NCBI GenBank assembly: GCA_973895155.1
Contig: OZ316891.1
Location: forward strand, 18,324,766-18,347,886
Length of the DNA stretch: 23,121 bases
DNA from: Marsupella aquatica
Lineage: Eukaryota; Plantae; Marchantiophyta
Direction of reading: 5' to 3'
Below, in pieces: positions 22,270-23,121 of this stretch. Within the stretch, counting starts at the first letter, position 1, and every line of letters starts with the position of its first letter. The position numbers were made by a program, and so were the translations under genes. The notes under the pieces are model-generated. The model was given only the letters and a program-made list of their open reading frames with translations, had not been told where the DNA came from and ran no database searches.

Positions 22270-22735
22270 CGAGGATGACTCGTTCATAACTTCAAAAACG
22301 CCCTCACACACACCTCCATAGGTGTACGTCGATGAGAACTAGCGCAACAGTGTCGTGTTGTATTCGTCTCAGCCATTGTAAATAACATCGTGGCGAATCA
22401 TAGCGCGAATTACTGAGCAGAGTTTCTAGTCCATGACTCGCAGATGTTTTGCAATTTTAGGCCACTATCTTAAAATAGATCAACAATGTGGGGAAGTTGA
22501 CGTTGCATGCTGATCGGATTGGATGGACTTAGACGAAGTCTTTGAGCGACATACAGCAGCACCTACAGTTTCAAGGATATCAATCAGACTTATTCCAGTA
22601 TGTATTCTAGTGTATGTGATATACCCATACCACTAGCACGATGCCAGTGAGTTACACAAAGGATTGTAGATGTAGAAAAATGCCAATGATGAAGGAAGGG
22701 TTAAAAGAAAATGAAAGAGTCAGGTAAGAAGAAGA

Positions 22736-22757
22736 GGGGGGGGGGGGGGGGGGGGGG
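22736..22757 (+). repeat. Poly-G homopolymer (22 G)
   Basis: Direct read of the sequence, within a purine/G-rich tract. Confidence 0.9.
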
Positions 22758-23010
22758 TGGGATGCCTATAGGAGAGTAAATGGTGAGCACAGTTTAAGAA
22801 AAGCGAGGTTGCAGGTGGGCAAGGGATGCCATGGTCCAGAAATGGAGAGATGGGTGGAGCAAAAGTCAAGGGTGTTAAGGGGGGGAGGCTGGGAGGTGCG
22901 CAAGGGCCTGCTCTCTCGAGGCTGTGCCCACACAAAGTTCAGGTAAAGAGAAATGTGTCCCATTTGGCTGCCATGAGGCAAACACACCCTTCAATATAAT
23001 TTTGTTTCAA

Positions 23011-23089
23011 TCAGACTTTCTATTGTGTATCTTTATTTCAACTTGCCTTATTCAAACTTTCTATTGTGTATTTTTATTTCAATGTGCCT
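23011..23089. repeat. Tandem duplication, 41-bp period
   Basis: ACTTTCTATTGTGTAT(C/T)TTTATTTCAA at 23015 and 23056. Confidence 0.85.
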
Positions 23090-23121
23090 CAATAAGGTGC
23101 ATCATTTATATTATTTAGATT

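Overview
Intron-containing eukaryotic genomic DNA from a land plant; a bryophyte/liverwort origin is a guess. Two spliced + strand genes can be rebuilt by hand with GT-AG sites and consistent phases. The first is the 3' part of an ARM/HEAT-repeat-type gene (6 exons, 228-2624), which starts before the window. The second is a complete oligopeptide transporter (OPT) gene of 8 predicted exons (16309-21302, about 775 aa) with two very short N-terminal exons that the ORF track does not show as such. The ~13.5 kb between them holds a decayed copy of the last OPT exon, two hAT-like MITEs with 8-bp target-site duplications, two small dispersed repeat families and many short tandem duplications. A young 96-bp tandem array lies just downstream of OPT. 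I see no well-supported novel system. The best leads are the 96-bp array, the OPT pseudo-exon, the OPT N-terminal micro-exons and two unusual residues near the OPT KIPPR motif. Most ORFs in the track are spurious or are exon fragments.
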